Assembly: GCF_009914755.1 (NCBI RefSeq)
Contig: NC_060936.1
Reading direction: 5' to 3' (one strand)
DNA length: 64,000 bases
Source of the DNA: the human T2T-CHM13v2.0 reference genome, Homo sapiens
Every line of letters begins with the position of its first letter. Position 1 is the stretch's first letter. The translations under genes and the position numbers were made by a program. Below, one piece after another: positions 1-18,109 of the stretch. The notes beneath the pieces are model-generated. The model ran no database searches. It saw only the letters and a list, made by a program, of their open reading frames with translations, and had not been told where the DNA came from.

Positions 1-1324
1 TCTGACATGAACTATCATTCCAATAAAATGTCACTGTCAACGAGTATATAGAATAACATATGGGGCTTTTTAAAATCCCATCGACTATTTTTCAACTCAA
101 TTTATTTCACTGTAATAGAAACTTTCCATTTTCCCTTTTAGCTAGCCCTATAATTAATTGCACTGTCTGACCACCACAACCTATGAGAACTTGTGTAAAG
201 AACGCAATGTCATCACCCAAAAGTTTCTATTAAGCACTTGTCAAGGGTAGCATGGAACAGTTTTTAAAAAACCAGGGAAATCACTTGGGCTTTCTAAAAT
301 TTTTACAACTATAGTTGGGTTATCCAAGAGATGTTTTAAGGCGAAGATATGAATGACAATTGATGACTCCAAAAATACCCAGGATAAATTGGATAGCCAC
401 GATTTTAGAAACTAAAGAGCTTCCCTTGAATTGTATCTAGTGAATACTCTCCAGGCTTCCTCCCTCCCAGTTGATTTCATTTGTCCATCAATACAACTTT
501 TAATAGTTTCTCAAGTATGGAAATCAACCCCGCTATTTCCAAGGTACTGCTGAATGAAGACCTTGACATTTTTTTTAAATGTCATCTTAGAAAGATTCTC
601 CAAGCAATACCAGTCTCACCTACGACATCTTCACGTTAAAAGGCCTCTACCGTACTCCATATACAGTATCCCAATACCAACCTGGCATCCTTCATCCTGA
701 GCTATAACAACCAAGTTTCACTCAGCTATGTCCAGGTAACTGAAAGTATTGCTGGGGCTGCCTAACCTGCCCCATCAAGTTTTATACACACCCTGTGCTG
801 AAGACATCTCACCAGAAAGAAGGTTCACTCACTTCATTTTGTGGGATCATAACCCACGGCACAGCAAACGCCTTCTGCAAGAGAAGGTAGGAGCCACCGA
901 AGGCTGTGGCTTTTGCAGGGTAATTGCATGCACGCAAGAGATTCTCTGCCAATTTCATTTAACTAGACAAAAAAGGCTGCGTTCAAAGCTGCAAATATGT
1001 AATAAATGTTGATGGAAAGCGGGCGGAACGTCGATTTTCTTCAAGCAACACTAGTACATGTACAAGTTCTGCACCAGGGCTCAGAGGAAAAGTAGCTTAC
1101 TGACGCATTGATGGAAGGCTATTTTAAAATTACTCAAAGAATCTAAGGCATCAATCTGACTGGGAGGCTCATACCTCCTCTCCATACACGCAGTCTGTTT
1201 TCCTACCTAATTTAAGAATGAATCGCTGGCAGCCACCAGGTGCAATAACCGTGAGGAGGAGGACGTATATCCATCACAATGCATAATGAGGTGTGCCAAC
1301 CCCGGAGCTGGTGCCCGTCCTTAC
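1..1324 (-). other. ANKS1B: ANKS1B intron 1 (5' part)
   Basis: Downstream of the GT donor at 1324. No further exon recognised. Confidence 0.85.
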
Positions 1325-1458
1325 CTTAGCAGATTAGACAGGGGCAGGGGTCCGGATCCACCGCCCAGGATCCCTCCTTTCCTGCCAGACAGGAGTTTCT
1401 CCACCAGAGCCACATTTCCAGTGCGAGCAGCTTCCAGCAGCTCCTGGTCCTTCCCCAT
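1325..1458 (-). CDS. ANKS1B: ANKS1B (AIDA-1/EB-1) first coding exon, 134 nt
   Basis: Manual translation from ATG at 1458 (gactATGG, strong Kozak) gives [44 protein letters not shown](S), recognised as the ANKS1B N-terminus. Canonical donor AG|gtaagg at 1325/1324. Not in the ORF track. Confidence 0.95.
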
Positions 1459-1950
1459 AGTCTCTCACCGACTCCCCCACAGAGTCCTTGCCCCCCTCGG
1501 GTCCTCCTCCCCACCCACCCCCACTCCCCAAAATCCAGGGCCCTCTTCGCCCCACCCTAAAATAATGCAAGAGCTTCAGCACGGAGAGCTCCCTGCAGCC
1601 CCAGGCAGGGAGCACGACTCTCTCCTCCTCTTCGGGGCGCAGCTTTTACAATGGGGATCAGACCATGTCTTGAAAGAGGGGCTGGCCGAGCTGGGAGCCG
1701 CGACGCGCCCCCACAGCCACTCCCCTGAATTCCCAAGGCCTCGTTCCCGCGGGTGCGGCGTGAGGGGGTGGGGACTCGGGGGTGCTTTTGAGGAGCGGGA
1801 GGAGGGTGGTGAGGACTGAGGTCGGAGGAGGAGGAGGAGGCGGCAGAGAGAGTCCTAGCTGGAGCGGGAGCGCAGGGAACACCCGCGGTGGCAGCAGCGG
1901 CCCGCGCGCCCTCGCGCCCGACCCGGGCTCGCCTCGGCTTCCTCGGCGGT
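1459..1950 (-). other. ANKS1B: ANKS1B exon 1 5'UTR (TSS position approximate)
   Basis: Contiguous with the start codon and running into the CpG island. The upstream boundary cannot be fixed from sequence. Confidence 0.6.
1658..1666 (-). promoter_or_regulatory. Minimal uORF (Met-Val-stop) in ANKS1B leader
   Basis: Minus strand gacATGGTCTGA. It is the only ATG seen between the CpG island and the main ATG. Confidence 0.6.
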
Positions 1951-2370
1951 TACGCGGGGGCGGCGTCCGCGGCGGGGAGGAGCGCGGCGGCGGCGGCGGC
2001 GGCTCGTGCGCTGTGGCCCGCGCCGAGGCAGGGCGGTGGGGGGCAGCCGCAGCGGGCGCGTGCCGAGGGCGGCGGCGGCGGCGAGGCCTGGCGCGCGGGG
2101 GGCGTGTGCGCGCGGGCAGGTGCGGCCCCTGGTGCGGCCCGAGTTGGGTGGCGGGCTGGCGGGGAGGGGCCGGGCCGGCTGAGGCGGGGCTTCGGCCCTG
2201 AGATTCTCTTCGTTCTCGTGGGCGGGGACCCTCCCTCCTCCACTCTCCTTGGAAGAGCGTTAACCGTGTGAGGACTGGAGTTCCCCGGGCCGCGTCGGCT
2301 CCTCCTCGGCCCGGCGGGCCCCGGCAACACGCCTCGGGTCTGTCACGACGCCTGAGGAAAATCCTCCGTG
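1680..2370 (-). promoter_or_regulatory. ANKS1B: CpG-island promoter of ANKS1B
   Basis: Very high GC and CpG density, GC-box-like motifs, (GGC)6 at 1986-2003 and (GGC)5 at 2068-2082, directly upstream of exon 1 CDS. Confidence 0.9.
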
Positions 2371-2889
2371 ACAGGAATGGGGAGGCTGGTGACACTGGGG
2401 AGGGGCCCTTTGGCCACCGCTTCCATCAGAGTCTAGGCAACTTGACCGGCATTTCACCCTTCCGCTTTACCTCCCCAAGAGAGCCTGAGATCTGCCCTTG
2501 GTTAGAAAGAAGAGGCTCGTTTCGTCCTAGTTTCTGTGGCACTGGCCACCGAGCAGTTTGCGACTGTTTCAGTTTTTCTGGAGTCTTTAATCAGCCCATA
2601 TTTTAGTTGGGCTTTGGAGATCTGCTGACTTGTAAGAATACCAGGAAAAAGGCTCTCATTGAAAATTTATCCACATCTACACTCGAAAAATATAAATGGG
2701 CATGGATTAGAGATCCACTTTAATTTGCATATATCATCAGCAATTCATTGTGCATGGTTGGCATGACTTGTTAGATGCTCTCCTTGGCCGTGGTGGAGAA
2801 CGCGCGTTTATTTTCTATTAAAACTTCCTGTTACACCTTGTGCTTTGCATTGTCCTTGGAATAGACTTCATAAATGTTCACTTGTTGAT

Positions 2890-3330
2890 AATTGATTGGT
2901 AAGAAGAGGACTTAATAGGCACTGTGCTTACAACAACCCAGTGAACTGGATATTATTATATCCATTTTAGAAATGAGGAAATAGGGCTCAAATGGTTAAT
3001 TAAATTTCTCAAGATGCCACATGGAGTAAGTGGCTGACTCAGAACTAGACCCCAGAACAGACTCACTCCAGACATCATGTGCTTCCCAATATACGTTCCT
3101 GCCCCCCATGGAAAAGCGAAATGGACAGACAATAATTATTGCATGCATTTGATGAGTAGTTGCTACATACCAGACACTATGCTAAGTGCTTTCCATGTTC
3201 TCATTAAGCCTTGCAACAATCGCATGAGATAGGACCATTTTCATCTCTATTTTGGAGATGAAGAAACTGATTACCCGCAAGATAATAGGGATAGAAAGTA
3301 ACTGAGCCAAGGCTCAAATCCGGCACTGTC
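2890..3330. mobile_element. Two MIR fragments
   Basis: MIR-core motifs such as ccattttagaaatgaggaaa and attttggagatgaagaaactga. Confidence 0.65.
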
Positions 3331-4420
3331 TGCTGTAGGCAAAGATTTTCAATAAATAACTGGGGGAAACTTAAAAGGCATTTAGAGATAAATAACAAGA
3401 GTATATTAAAACATTTTTATGGAATTCATTGTGTTCTGAGATTTCATTTCAATGATTCAAAATATTAGGTAAATTATGGCTATTTATTGGAGGTTTCCTG
3501 AAGTATGTAGATTTTGGCTAGTGTAGTTTTTTAATTCATTTTGATTTTGTTTTCTGTGTTAGAATCTGTTTTAATAAGATAATCTATGTTATAATAATAT
3601 AATCCCTGACATAATGGGACTAGCAGACCAATGAAAGAAATGAGATAAGGAGCCATCACATTCATTTTGAAAATGGCATAGGGAAATCCTTCTTCCTTTT
3701 TCCTAATGTTGCCACCTAAGCAAAACACACCTTTCCCAGAATATACTGTAAGTATTCAATTGGTCAGAACTGAAAATCACCCACAGTTTTCACAAGCAAC
3801 ATTTAATCATGGATGAGTTGGTGACCGCAGGCCCCGAGTCATCTTATCGAAATCATGCAACCCCCACCCCCAATGGGAAAACCATTAGTAATGATTTACT
3901 CTAAGAATCAGTTCCACAGTTCGGGCATTCTACTGACATATGATAATCAAAGCCAATTTTTCAGCTTCAAACTCTTTGGTTTTAGTGACCTCATAACTTT
4001 GTTTTTCTGTAGACATTGCAGTGACTGCACCTCATAGTTTTTTGTTGAAGAGGATAAAGGCTTTGGCTACATGGGGACTAACATGCAAAATAAAAGTGAA
4101 AACATTCTTTTAAAAATCTACAGAGGCCAAAATAAATATCCAGATCTTTTAAACATCCAGATTTCATCAAGATGTTTTGCATCTGTGAATAGTGAAAAGA
4201 GTGATAGAATCTTGGGAACCAATTAGACAATCTCTATCTCAGTGTGTGCATAAGTAAAATGAAGAAGTTATGTCGGATGCCTTCCACTGGCCTTGCCAGC
4301 CATAATATTCTATGCCTGTGATGAAACGTGGTCTTAGTCCATTAAGTCATTTGCATCACTGAAGCTAGAAATTAAGTATGGAGATAGATTTGAGATTTCT
4401 ATTCTGTTTTTATTTGATTT

Positions 4421-4665
4421 GATTTTCTGAGACAGAGTCTGACTCTGTTGCCAAGACTGGAGTGCAGTGGCACGATCTCAGCTCACTGCAACCTCTGCTC
4501 CCAGGTTCAAGTGATTCTCAAGCCTCAGCCTCCCCAGTAGCTGAGATTAGAGGCGCCCACCACCACGCCCGGCTAATTTTTGTATTTTTAGTAGAGACAG
4601 GATTTCACTATGTTGGTCAGGCTGGTCTCAAACTCCTGACCTCAAGTGATCCACCTGCCTCGGCC
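4421..4665 (-). mobile_element. Alu (AluS-like, 5' end missing)
   Basis: Antisense Alu consensus. Confidence 0.9.
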
Positions 4666-4768
4666 ACCCTCTATTTTGTTTTTAATTATAAAATAAATAT
4701 ATATTTTTTCGGGTTTTTAAATCTATCTTTGCTATTCTTAATGGACAGTATTAATAATAGCAAATGTA

Positions 4769-5299
<531 letters not shown>

Positions 5300-6836
5300 C
5301 TAGGAGTTGATTAATAAAAGAAGGGACTAGGGGTTGAGATTAGAAGGGGGAAGTGAAGCAAATACCAGTTTTTGTATAGAAGTGTTTGCACACACACACA
5401 AAACTCTTTGGAAACATTAAAGAAATTGAAGGACCATGAATCCAGACCAATCTTAGAATTATATACCAAGGTCTGTTTTCAGTGAAGAAGAGAAAAAGAT
5501 AATATCTTATAACATGAAGTTATCAACAGAGCTGAAATAAGAAGATAACCCTGTGATTTATGAAGTAGATTTACTTTCTCCATCTCAAGTTCTGAAGTTA
5601 CTCTGCATCACTAGAACTATGAAGTCAACAGCTTCAGGTTACAGAATGTGAAAATACTAGACATCTGGATAGAAGAGCAGGTTCTTGCTTCCTGCATGAC
5701 ATTAAAGTTCTTCTCCACATGGCCACATGGCACAAACTCTGTCCCTCATCATCTTCCTGAGGGAACCCAAACACCAAGTGTATTATATTTACAATTTTTC
5801 TGAAGATTCATGGCCATGAATGTTGAAGGCCACAGAACACCAATCACCCATCTTCTCCAAGTTATAATTAGCTGAACGCAGACACAAGGAATCAAAGAGT
5901 ATCTCATTAGCATATCATCTTTATTACGAGTCATATAAGGGTCTAATATCCCACAAAATCCCTGCTAAAACTACACTAAAAATGAGACGAGGGCCTACCT
6001 CTCTGTGAATGTGCACCTTGGGACCTACCTGTGGGGAAAGGTAGATCTGCAAATCTAAATGTATATACCCAGCCAGACTAATGCCTATCTCACAGATAAA
6101 GTCAGAGGAATGGAGAGAATGATCAGTTTCCAGGGCTGCCTTTGGAAAGCATGCCGAAACAGATTCTTACCCCAGAATCTCACCATCTTGGGACAGCAAG
6201 CAGAATAAAGCCCACTACCCTTCTTAGTGATCCATGAGACAGGCAAGAGAGAAAGAAAACCAGAGCTGAGCCTGTATCTTGTTTTGAAAGCAAGGTAGCC
6301 CCACCCACTAGTAAAGTGGTCCCAATGGATAGAAGTAGGGAAAGAAACCAGAAGTGTTCACTGTCTTAGAAAGAGGAGCAGAGCCTCCTCTCCTCTAGGG
6401 AAAGTCAGTGATGAGGAATAAGAGTTCCCCCAGGACCGTCACACTACACAACATTCCATCACCATCCTGCTGATTCTACCATTAACTCTCTCCGAGCCAC
6501 CCTGCCTATGTGCTACTACCTTTGAAAGCCTATGTGCCCCACAGGTGACCCTGCACCTGGCCAGCTGAAAAAATATAGTCTTGTATCCACTTCAAACTAT
6601 TTTTCCCACCAAGAGAATCTACCCAAAATTCAGATAAATGATTTTTCACCATTTCTTTTTATTTCCCCACTGAGGAAAATACCTAGCATCCTGACAAACC
6701 TATTACACAGTCTCTCAGAGGGGCCGCTAAGAAGACACACAAACACATTATCCATTTTTGGCATCTTAACTGATCTCCCTGAAAGGCTAATCCCAATCTA
6801 CCTCCTTCTTAGACTCCATCCTTTCCTTCTTCTGCG

Positions 6837-7150
6837 CAGTGATCCACAAACTTTTTCGTAAAAGGCCAGAGAGTAAATATTTTCATCTTTGTGGGCACAC
6901 AGTCTCTATTGTACTACTAAATTCTGCCATTGTAGCATAAAAGTAGCCATAGACAATACTGAAACAAATTAGTGTGGCTGTGATCCAATAAAATGTCATT
7001 TATGGATATTGAAATTTGATTTGCAAAATTTTCATAGGTTACAAAATATTCTTTTGACTTATTTTCCAACAATTTTTAGAAAGCAAAATCCATTCTTAGT
7101 TCACTGGCCATACAGACTGTGGGTGGGATTTGACCCACGAGCCATAAGCC
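6837..7150 (+). mobile_element. MER58B-like hAT-Charlie DNA transposon
   Basis: aaaggccagagagtaaatatttt...ctgccattgtagcataaaagtagccatagacaata resembles the MER58 consensus. Confidence 0.7.
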
Positions 7151-7338
7151 TACAGATTGAAGAGTGACGTATTCCAAAGCCCTTTTGGGGATACTGCTTT
7201 CTCCCTTGGTCTGATTGTTTAGACATGGGGGCAGGGGGCAGAATCAAATTGTTCCCCTTAAGGCATCTCTTCCACCCCAGCCTCAGCAGACAGAGAACCT
7301 CCCCATCAGCAAATCCTCTCTAACTCTCCTATATCTCA

Positions 7339-7716
<378 letters not shown>

Positions 7717-8419
7717 TTACTGAGACTTTTGTATTGTATTATACTGGTGTGCCCTTCTTTACCATGAACAGATTGGAGAAGGGGCCCCCGCTGAGCTGAA
7801 ACTCAACCTATGAGGAGAGGGATGATGATGATTCCTGACATCAGACAAGGGGCCCCACAGGACTAAGACCCAGACCTCTTAGGAGGAATCACCGGCTGCT
7901 TGGTACTAGTGTCTCTGAGGCAAAGCAACAACGCTGGTTCTGCATATTAGAAAAACTGCAAACTGGATTCAACCGCTGCTTCTGGAACAAACTGCCACTG
8001 CCATGTTGAAGAAGTGCAGTCTCCCTCTCGCATCTTTTATTGGTAGATCCTCACAGAGGACAAGGTGGCAAAGCAGTAATATGGTTTGCAGGTTATTATA
8101 AAACAGAGTGATGAGAATGGGCTTAAAGTTAAGAGGCAGCAGTGCAATAAAAGGCATAAAGCCCCCTTTAAAATCAGGTTAAACCAGCTGCATTTCTTGC
8201 TACCATCATCACTAAACTTCACAACCAGTGTTTTACTCACAACTTCTGAGAATTCTTGATTTCCTGTCTCCACTCCTAAGGCTCCTGGTCTTCTGTCTCC
8301 ACTCCTACAACTCATGGAACTCTTGGATTCTGTCTCCTGCTCTGGCCCAGTAAATAACTCTAACCAGTACTTGGTTCCATGAAAAACCCGATCATTTTCT
8401 AAAAATCTGAAGAGTGACA

Positions 8420-9440
8420 CACTGAATAGGAAAAACTCAAACTGTTTCTCCTCTGCTCTCACACCACAACAATCAACACCAAAGACATCTGTGACCAAAT
8501 GTGTGGAGATTTGCCTCCATCAGTAAGCAAGCAATCAGTTCTGGAGCGGACACCAACTGGGTGTCCTCTAATTCAATTCAATTCTGACACCATCTACCTA
8601 GAGATAGTGTCAGATCCCACAGGTTGAGGGCTCTGTCCCCAAGGCTGCTCCCCTCTTTGGATGCCAGTCACAAGGCCCCAGTTGTTTTGTCTGTGCTTCT
8701 GACCCACCTACTGACTACATATCAGTGATACCACCCCTCCTTGGGTTCAACTAATTTGGTAGAGCAGGTCAATTAATTGGCTGGAGTGGCTCACAGAACT
8801 CAGAGAAACACCTCCATTTTCCCGTTTATTATAAAAGATATCACAAAGGATACAGATGAAGAGATGCGTAGGGTGAGGTATGGGAGAAGGGGAAAGGCGC
8901 TTCCATGACCTCCCTCCCGGGGTGCATCACCCTCGAGGAACCTCCATGTGTCCAGCTATCTGGAAACTCTCTGTGCCCTGTCCTCTTGGGTCTTTTATGG
9001 AGATCTCATTGGATAAGCATGACTGAAGCATAAACAACTGCACAGAAGTGATTGGACAAACAGGATATAATCTAATACTATTAGACTGATTGGAGAAACA
9101 CAGCAGGGCCTGTTCAGATTCTTCTTGGCCACTCTGCACAGCAGTCCTTCCTCCTGGGTATGGGGCAGGACCTCTTATCAAATGCGGTCATATGACCTTC
9201 AATCAGTTTTACTGGAGAGTTTCTTTATGGAAAGACAGGGGGAAATTAGATTACTGCCTTGGGGAGAAAAAGGAGCAGGTGACAGGAGGGCAGGAGAAGC
9301 TCATAGAGAGAGATTCTGTTTGCTAAGGCCTATTTCTGAGGCCTAAAGCACCCCGACATTATAAAAAAAGATTTTAACAAGGGCTTTGGGAATTATGAGC
9401 CAGGAACATGAATGAAAAAATATATGTGTGTGTGTGTTAT
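8420..9440 (-). mobile_element. MER21-like solo LTR
   Basis: ctgacaccatctacctagagatagtgtcagatcccacaggttgagggctc and ttatgagccaggaac motifs typical of MER21. Confidence 0.7.
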
Positions 9441-9764
9441 ATTGTATAGATATCTTACATTGTTTCTCAAAGAATTTCACCAACCCAACCACCTGCTAAG
9501 ACTCATTCGTCTCCAGAGCTGTCTTCATCACCCTCTGCCTCTGCCCAAAGGCTCCTGAGTCCAGCAGTTGACTTTCCCTCCCAACAGAGATTCCCTGAGA
9601 ATTATAGCCCAGTGGTAGCCCAACATGTTCCAAATGTTTTTCTGGGCAGCATTGTCTTTGGATTTTGATAAATAAAATTTTTATTATTTTATTACATCTG
9701 CAGAAAGGAATATATAGGCATCTCCTTGAAACTTCGAAAGAGATTGGTTAAAAGCAGTCTATGT

Positions 9765-12975
<3,211 letters not shown>

Positions 12976-13115
12976 AGCAACAACAACAACAACAAAAAAA
13001 ACCCCTCTTTAGGTGATCAAGTTCACAGAGAATAACAGCCAAAGCTTATCTGAAAGCTTTGATTGTGCCAGATATTTCACATGGATCATTTCATTTAATC
13101 CCCACAAGCTCTTGA

Positions 13116-13428
<313 letters not shown>

Positions 13429-14111
13429 ATATGCATTTTTAAAAAGGATCTCCCCTCCGTGTACTTTAGAAACTTTACTTTAGGGATTCTAACCTTGGGC
13501 AAACAATAGGTCACATATTTGACACATTCTGCCCCTTGCAGAATAGCTTTCACTGAATTTGCATTGTAATGCCAAGACCTTTGCTTTCATCAGTGGCTAT
13601 TCAACGTGTTATCATATGGGATGTAGGAATGTTCCTGGAAACTTTGTCTATTACTCATTTAATGAATTCTATATTAACACCACATTTATAAAGAAAATGT
13701 ATTAGGAGGTACCTCTAAGGTAGCAAAACTCTCCTAATAACTTTGTCTTTTATGATAATAATATCTAAGTAATTGACTATTTTTCTCTTCACTTTAACTC
13801 CCAGGAAATACCAAATTTAAGGTTTGGTGTATTTGTAATCTGCTTACATCCTGATCTTTACTCTTTATTTTACATATTTTTGCCTGATTTTTATTGATAT
13901 TTACCAGTATTTTATTTGATATGTCTTTGTTATAAGAGATATTTGTGTATATGTATCTTTGAACTTGCTGTATGCCACATAAGGCTCCAGATCATAGAAT
14001 GAAGAGTAAAAACAGTATCTGGTCTCATGGAGCTTCAATCAAAAGTGATAAAAATGCCAGGAATCAGGAAAAGCTTAGTTTCTCTTTCAACAAGTACTCT
14101 AAGAAACAAAC

Positions 14112-14250
14112 TTCTATAATCCTATTGCTTTGGGAGGCTGAAGTGAGAGGATCACTTGAGGCCAGGAGTTTGAGGCTGCAATGAATTATAATCACTACGG
14201 CACTACAGCTTGGGCAACAGAGTAAGGCCTTGGCTTTGGGGGGAAAAAAA
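14112..14250 (+). mobile_element. Alu monomer/partial (old)
   Basis: ctttgggaggctgaagtgagaggatcacttgaggccaggagtttgaggctgc. Confidence 0.75.
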
Positions 14251-14309
14251 GGAAAGAGGCAAACTACTTTGGCCTTAAGCATACAAAGAAGGTTTGAATT
14301 TCTTAATTT

Positions 14310-14640
14310 TTTTATTCATTCAACATTTATTAAGTTCCTGCTCTGTGCCAAGAAATTTGCTAGATATTGGTGATTCAGCAGTGAACAAGGCAAATATCAC
14401 AGCTGTCGTGGAGTTCACATCGTATTCAGGAAAAGAGACATGGAACAAAGAAGAACAAATGTGATGTTACAGAGATGCCATAAGGACTATGGGGAAGAAT
14501 GACAGGGACATTTAACAAGTCTGGGATACATGGAAGACCTGTCTCCAGAAGAGATATTTAAACAGGGAACTAAGAGATAAGTGGCAAAGGGAGGTAGGAG
14601 GTGGAGAAAGAGTGTTCTATGCAGACTGTTTGGGAAACAC
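14310..14640 (-). mobile_element. L2 3' fragment
   Basis: ttcattcaacatttattaag...tgtgcca L2 tail motif. Confidence 0.55.
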
Positions 14641-15296
14641 TCCACTTTCTCTTAAGAGGGCAATTGGGAATTATCCTCTCAGAACCAAATCCCCCATTTT
14701 ACCATCTCATTCTTAATCTCTGCTTCTACCTTGTTTTGAATTTAAGTTTATTATTGTTACAGAATGTTCTTAATTTCAAAGTTACATAAAGTATTATAAA
14801 ATGCTTTTTTTAGAAATAAACTTGCCTTTTCACGTGTATCAGGTGTCTGATTTCTATTTTAACTGATGTTTGCCCAATTCAAAGAAGCTTCTTTCATTCT
14901 TCATTGAAGAAAACCAAAATAAGTAGACCGTGGTTCATACTTTTAAAATGTCTACATATACTTTATGGATCAATGAATAGGAATGCGAATACATTCATCA
15001 AACAATTTGCCTGAAAACAAAGCAAAGCTAAATATGAAAAACTGAATAGTTAATTCTAACTATAATTATCCAACATACATATGCTTTTTAATTTTTTATA
15101 CTAACAAAGAAACATGTGCAACTAATTACTTATTTGCCACAATCCAAAGTCCTCCCACCTACCATATTCATGGGCTGGATTCTTCCTGTTACCCAGCTGA
15201 GGCCCAAGCCTGCCAATATGGGGACCAAGCTGGACTTGATTTGCAGCCAACAACAGAAGGGGAGGAATTGTGAGATTTTTATGGGCTCTGTAGCTA

Positions 15297-15725
<429 letters not shown>

Positions 15726-15861
15726 CCGCTCCGCCAGAAAAGGACCTCAGTTTAAATCTCCGAAAATCTGTGTTTCAATCCTGGGGAACTTTACAGCTAA
15801 GAAAACTTGAAGAGCTGTAGGCAAGTGCCCAAGGGAGGAGTGTAATACACACTTTCACAGG

Positions 15862-16560
<699 letters not shown>

Positions 16561-16579
16561 AAGGACTGATTGATAGTTT

Positions 16580-17274
16580 TGTAACAGCCCAATGGGTTCT
16601 TCTTGTCTGCTGCCCAGAAAAGCAGGTTTTGCAGCAAAGAAAGAGTTTAATAATTGCAGGGCCAGCCAAGCAAAAGACATTTATCAAATCCACTTCCCTG
16701 AAAGCTCAAAGCCTAGGATTTTTAAGAATAATTTGGTAGGCAGGGAGCTAGACAACGGGTCTACTGATTGGTTGGGGATGAAATTACAAGTGTTTAAAAC
16801 AGTCTTTGGGACAGTTTCTGGGTGCGGGTAACAGGACTGGTTGAGTTCATTCCTTGGCATAAGTCACAGGTCGGGTGGAGTCACTTGGTTGCCAGAATGC
16901 AAAAGTCTGAAAAATATCTTAAAAACCAATCTTAGGTTTTGAAAATCATGTTGTTATCTATAGGAGCAATTGGGGAAGTTACAAATTTGTTGAGTAGTAA
17001 GTGATTATAGAAAAGCAAGCTAGGGAACAATGGATAGTTATCGTTTAAACCTACATCTTAGCAGAATTCAGGCCCCTCCCATAATCCTCACTTTGTGGCC
17101 TTTCATTAATCTTACACAGGTGGTTTTGGACTCCACGCAAGAAGGGGGTTAATTTCAGGAAGGGACTGTTATTATCTTTGTTTTAAAGTTAATAAAGGCA
17201 GTTATCCTGTGAGGTTAGAAGCAAGATAGAGTTAGGTCAGATTTCTCTTAATAATTGTTGCAAGAGCAGTTTCA
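16580..17274 (-). mobile_element. LTR8-family (ERV1) solo LTR
   Basis: TG...CA termini (tgtaacagcccaatgggttc ... gcagtttca). Internal ggagcaattggggaagttacaaat. Confidence 0.65.
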
Positions 17275-17327
17275 TTTAAGGATCAGTTTAAATGAGACAA
17301 GAAATGAAGACACTTGACTTTAGTTGA

Positions 17328-17581
<254 letters not shown>

Positions 17582-17938
17582 AGGAGTTTAAACAACAGAA
17601 ATGTATTATCTCACTGTTCTGTAGGTTGGAAGTCCAAGATTCAGGTGCCAACGAATTCAGTTTCTGGTGAAGGCTCTGTTCCTGGCTTGCAGACGGCTGC
17701 CTTCTCACTATGTCCTCACATTGCCTTTCCTGAGTGCATTTGGGTAGAGAGAGCAAGACAGCAAGCTATCTGGTGTCTCTTCTGATAAGGACACTAATCC
17801 TATTGAATTAGGGCCCCACCCTTATGACCTCATCTCACCTTCATTACTTCCTTATAGGCCCCATTTTAAAATACATTACTTTGGGGGTTAGGGCTTCAAC
17901 ATATGGATTTTGAGGGAGACACAATTCAGTTCATAGCA
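17582..17938 (-). mobile_element. MLT1A-like MaLR LTR
   Basis: aacaacagaaatgtattatctcac...gggttagggcttcaacatatggattttg. Confidence 0.7.
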
Positions 17939-18109
17939 CTAATGTTTTGGGATAAAGAACTAGCAGAGGAGTCGTGTTATAGGAACAAAGAGATTTATTG
18001 CATTTTCAATATTTCTTTAAGCTTACTTTATATTTCGATCTAAGAGGCAAAGTTTACTTCTTTCAAGACAGTCTTTGTAGAGTAAATGGTGTTTCAAAGG
18101 TCAGGTTTA

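Noticed and set aside
1286-2606. Many long overlapping ORFs (up to 245 aa) on both strands
   Set aside because: Pro/Arg/Gly/Ala-rich products of stop-poor CpG-island DNA, many with non-ATG starts. The real coding exon is 1325-1458 on the minus strand.
6121-6861. Possible coding frame or 109-aa ORF in unique DNA
   Set aside because: Stop density near random expectation, no recognisable domain or splice structure. Kept only as a low-interest unclassified block.
8260-8340. Spaced short direct repeats resembling a CRISPR-like array
   Set aside because: Only 2-3 degenerate units, no cas genes, human context.
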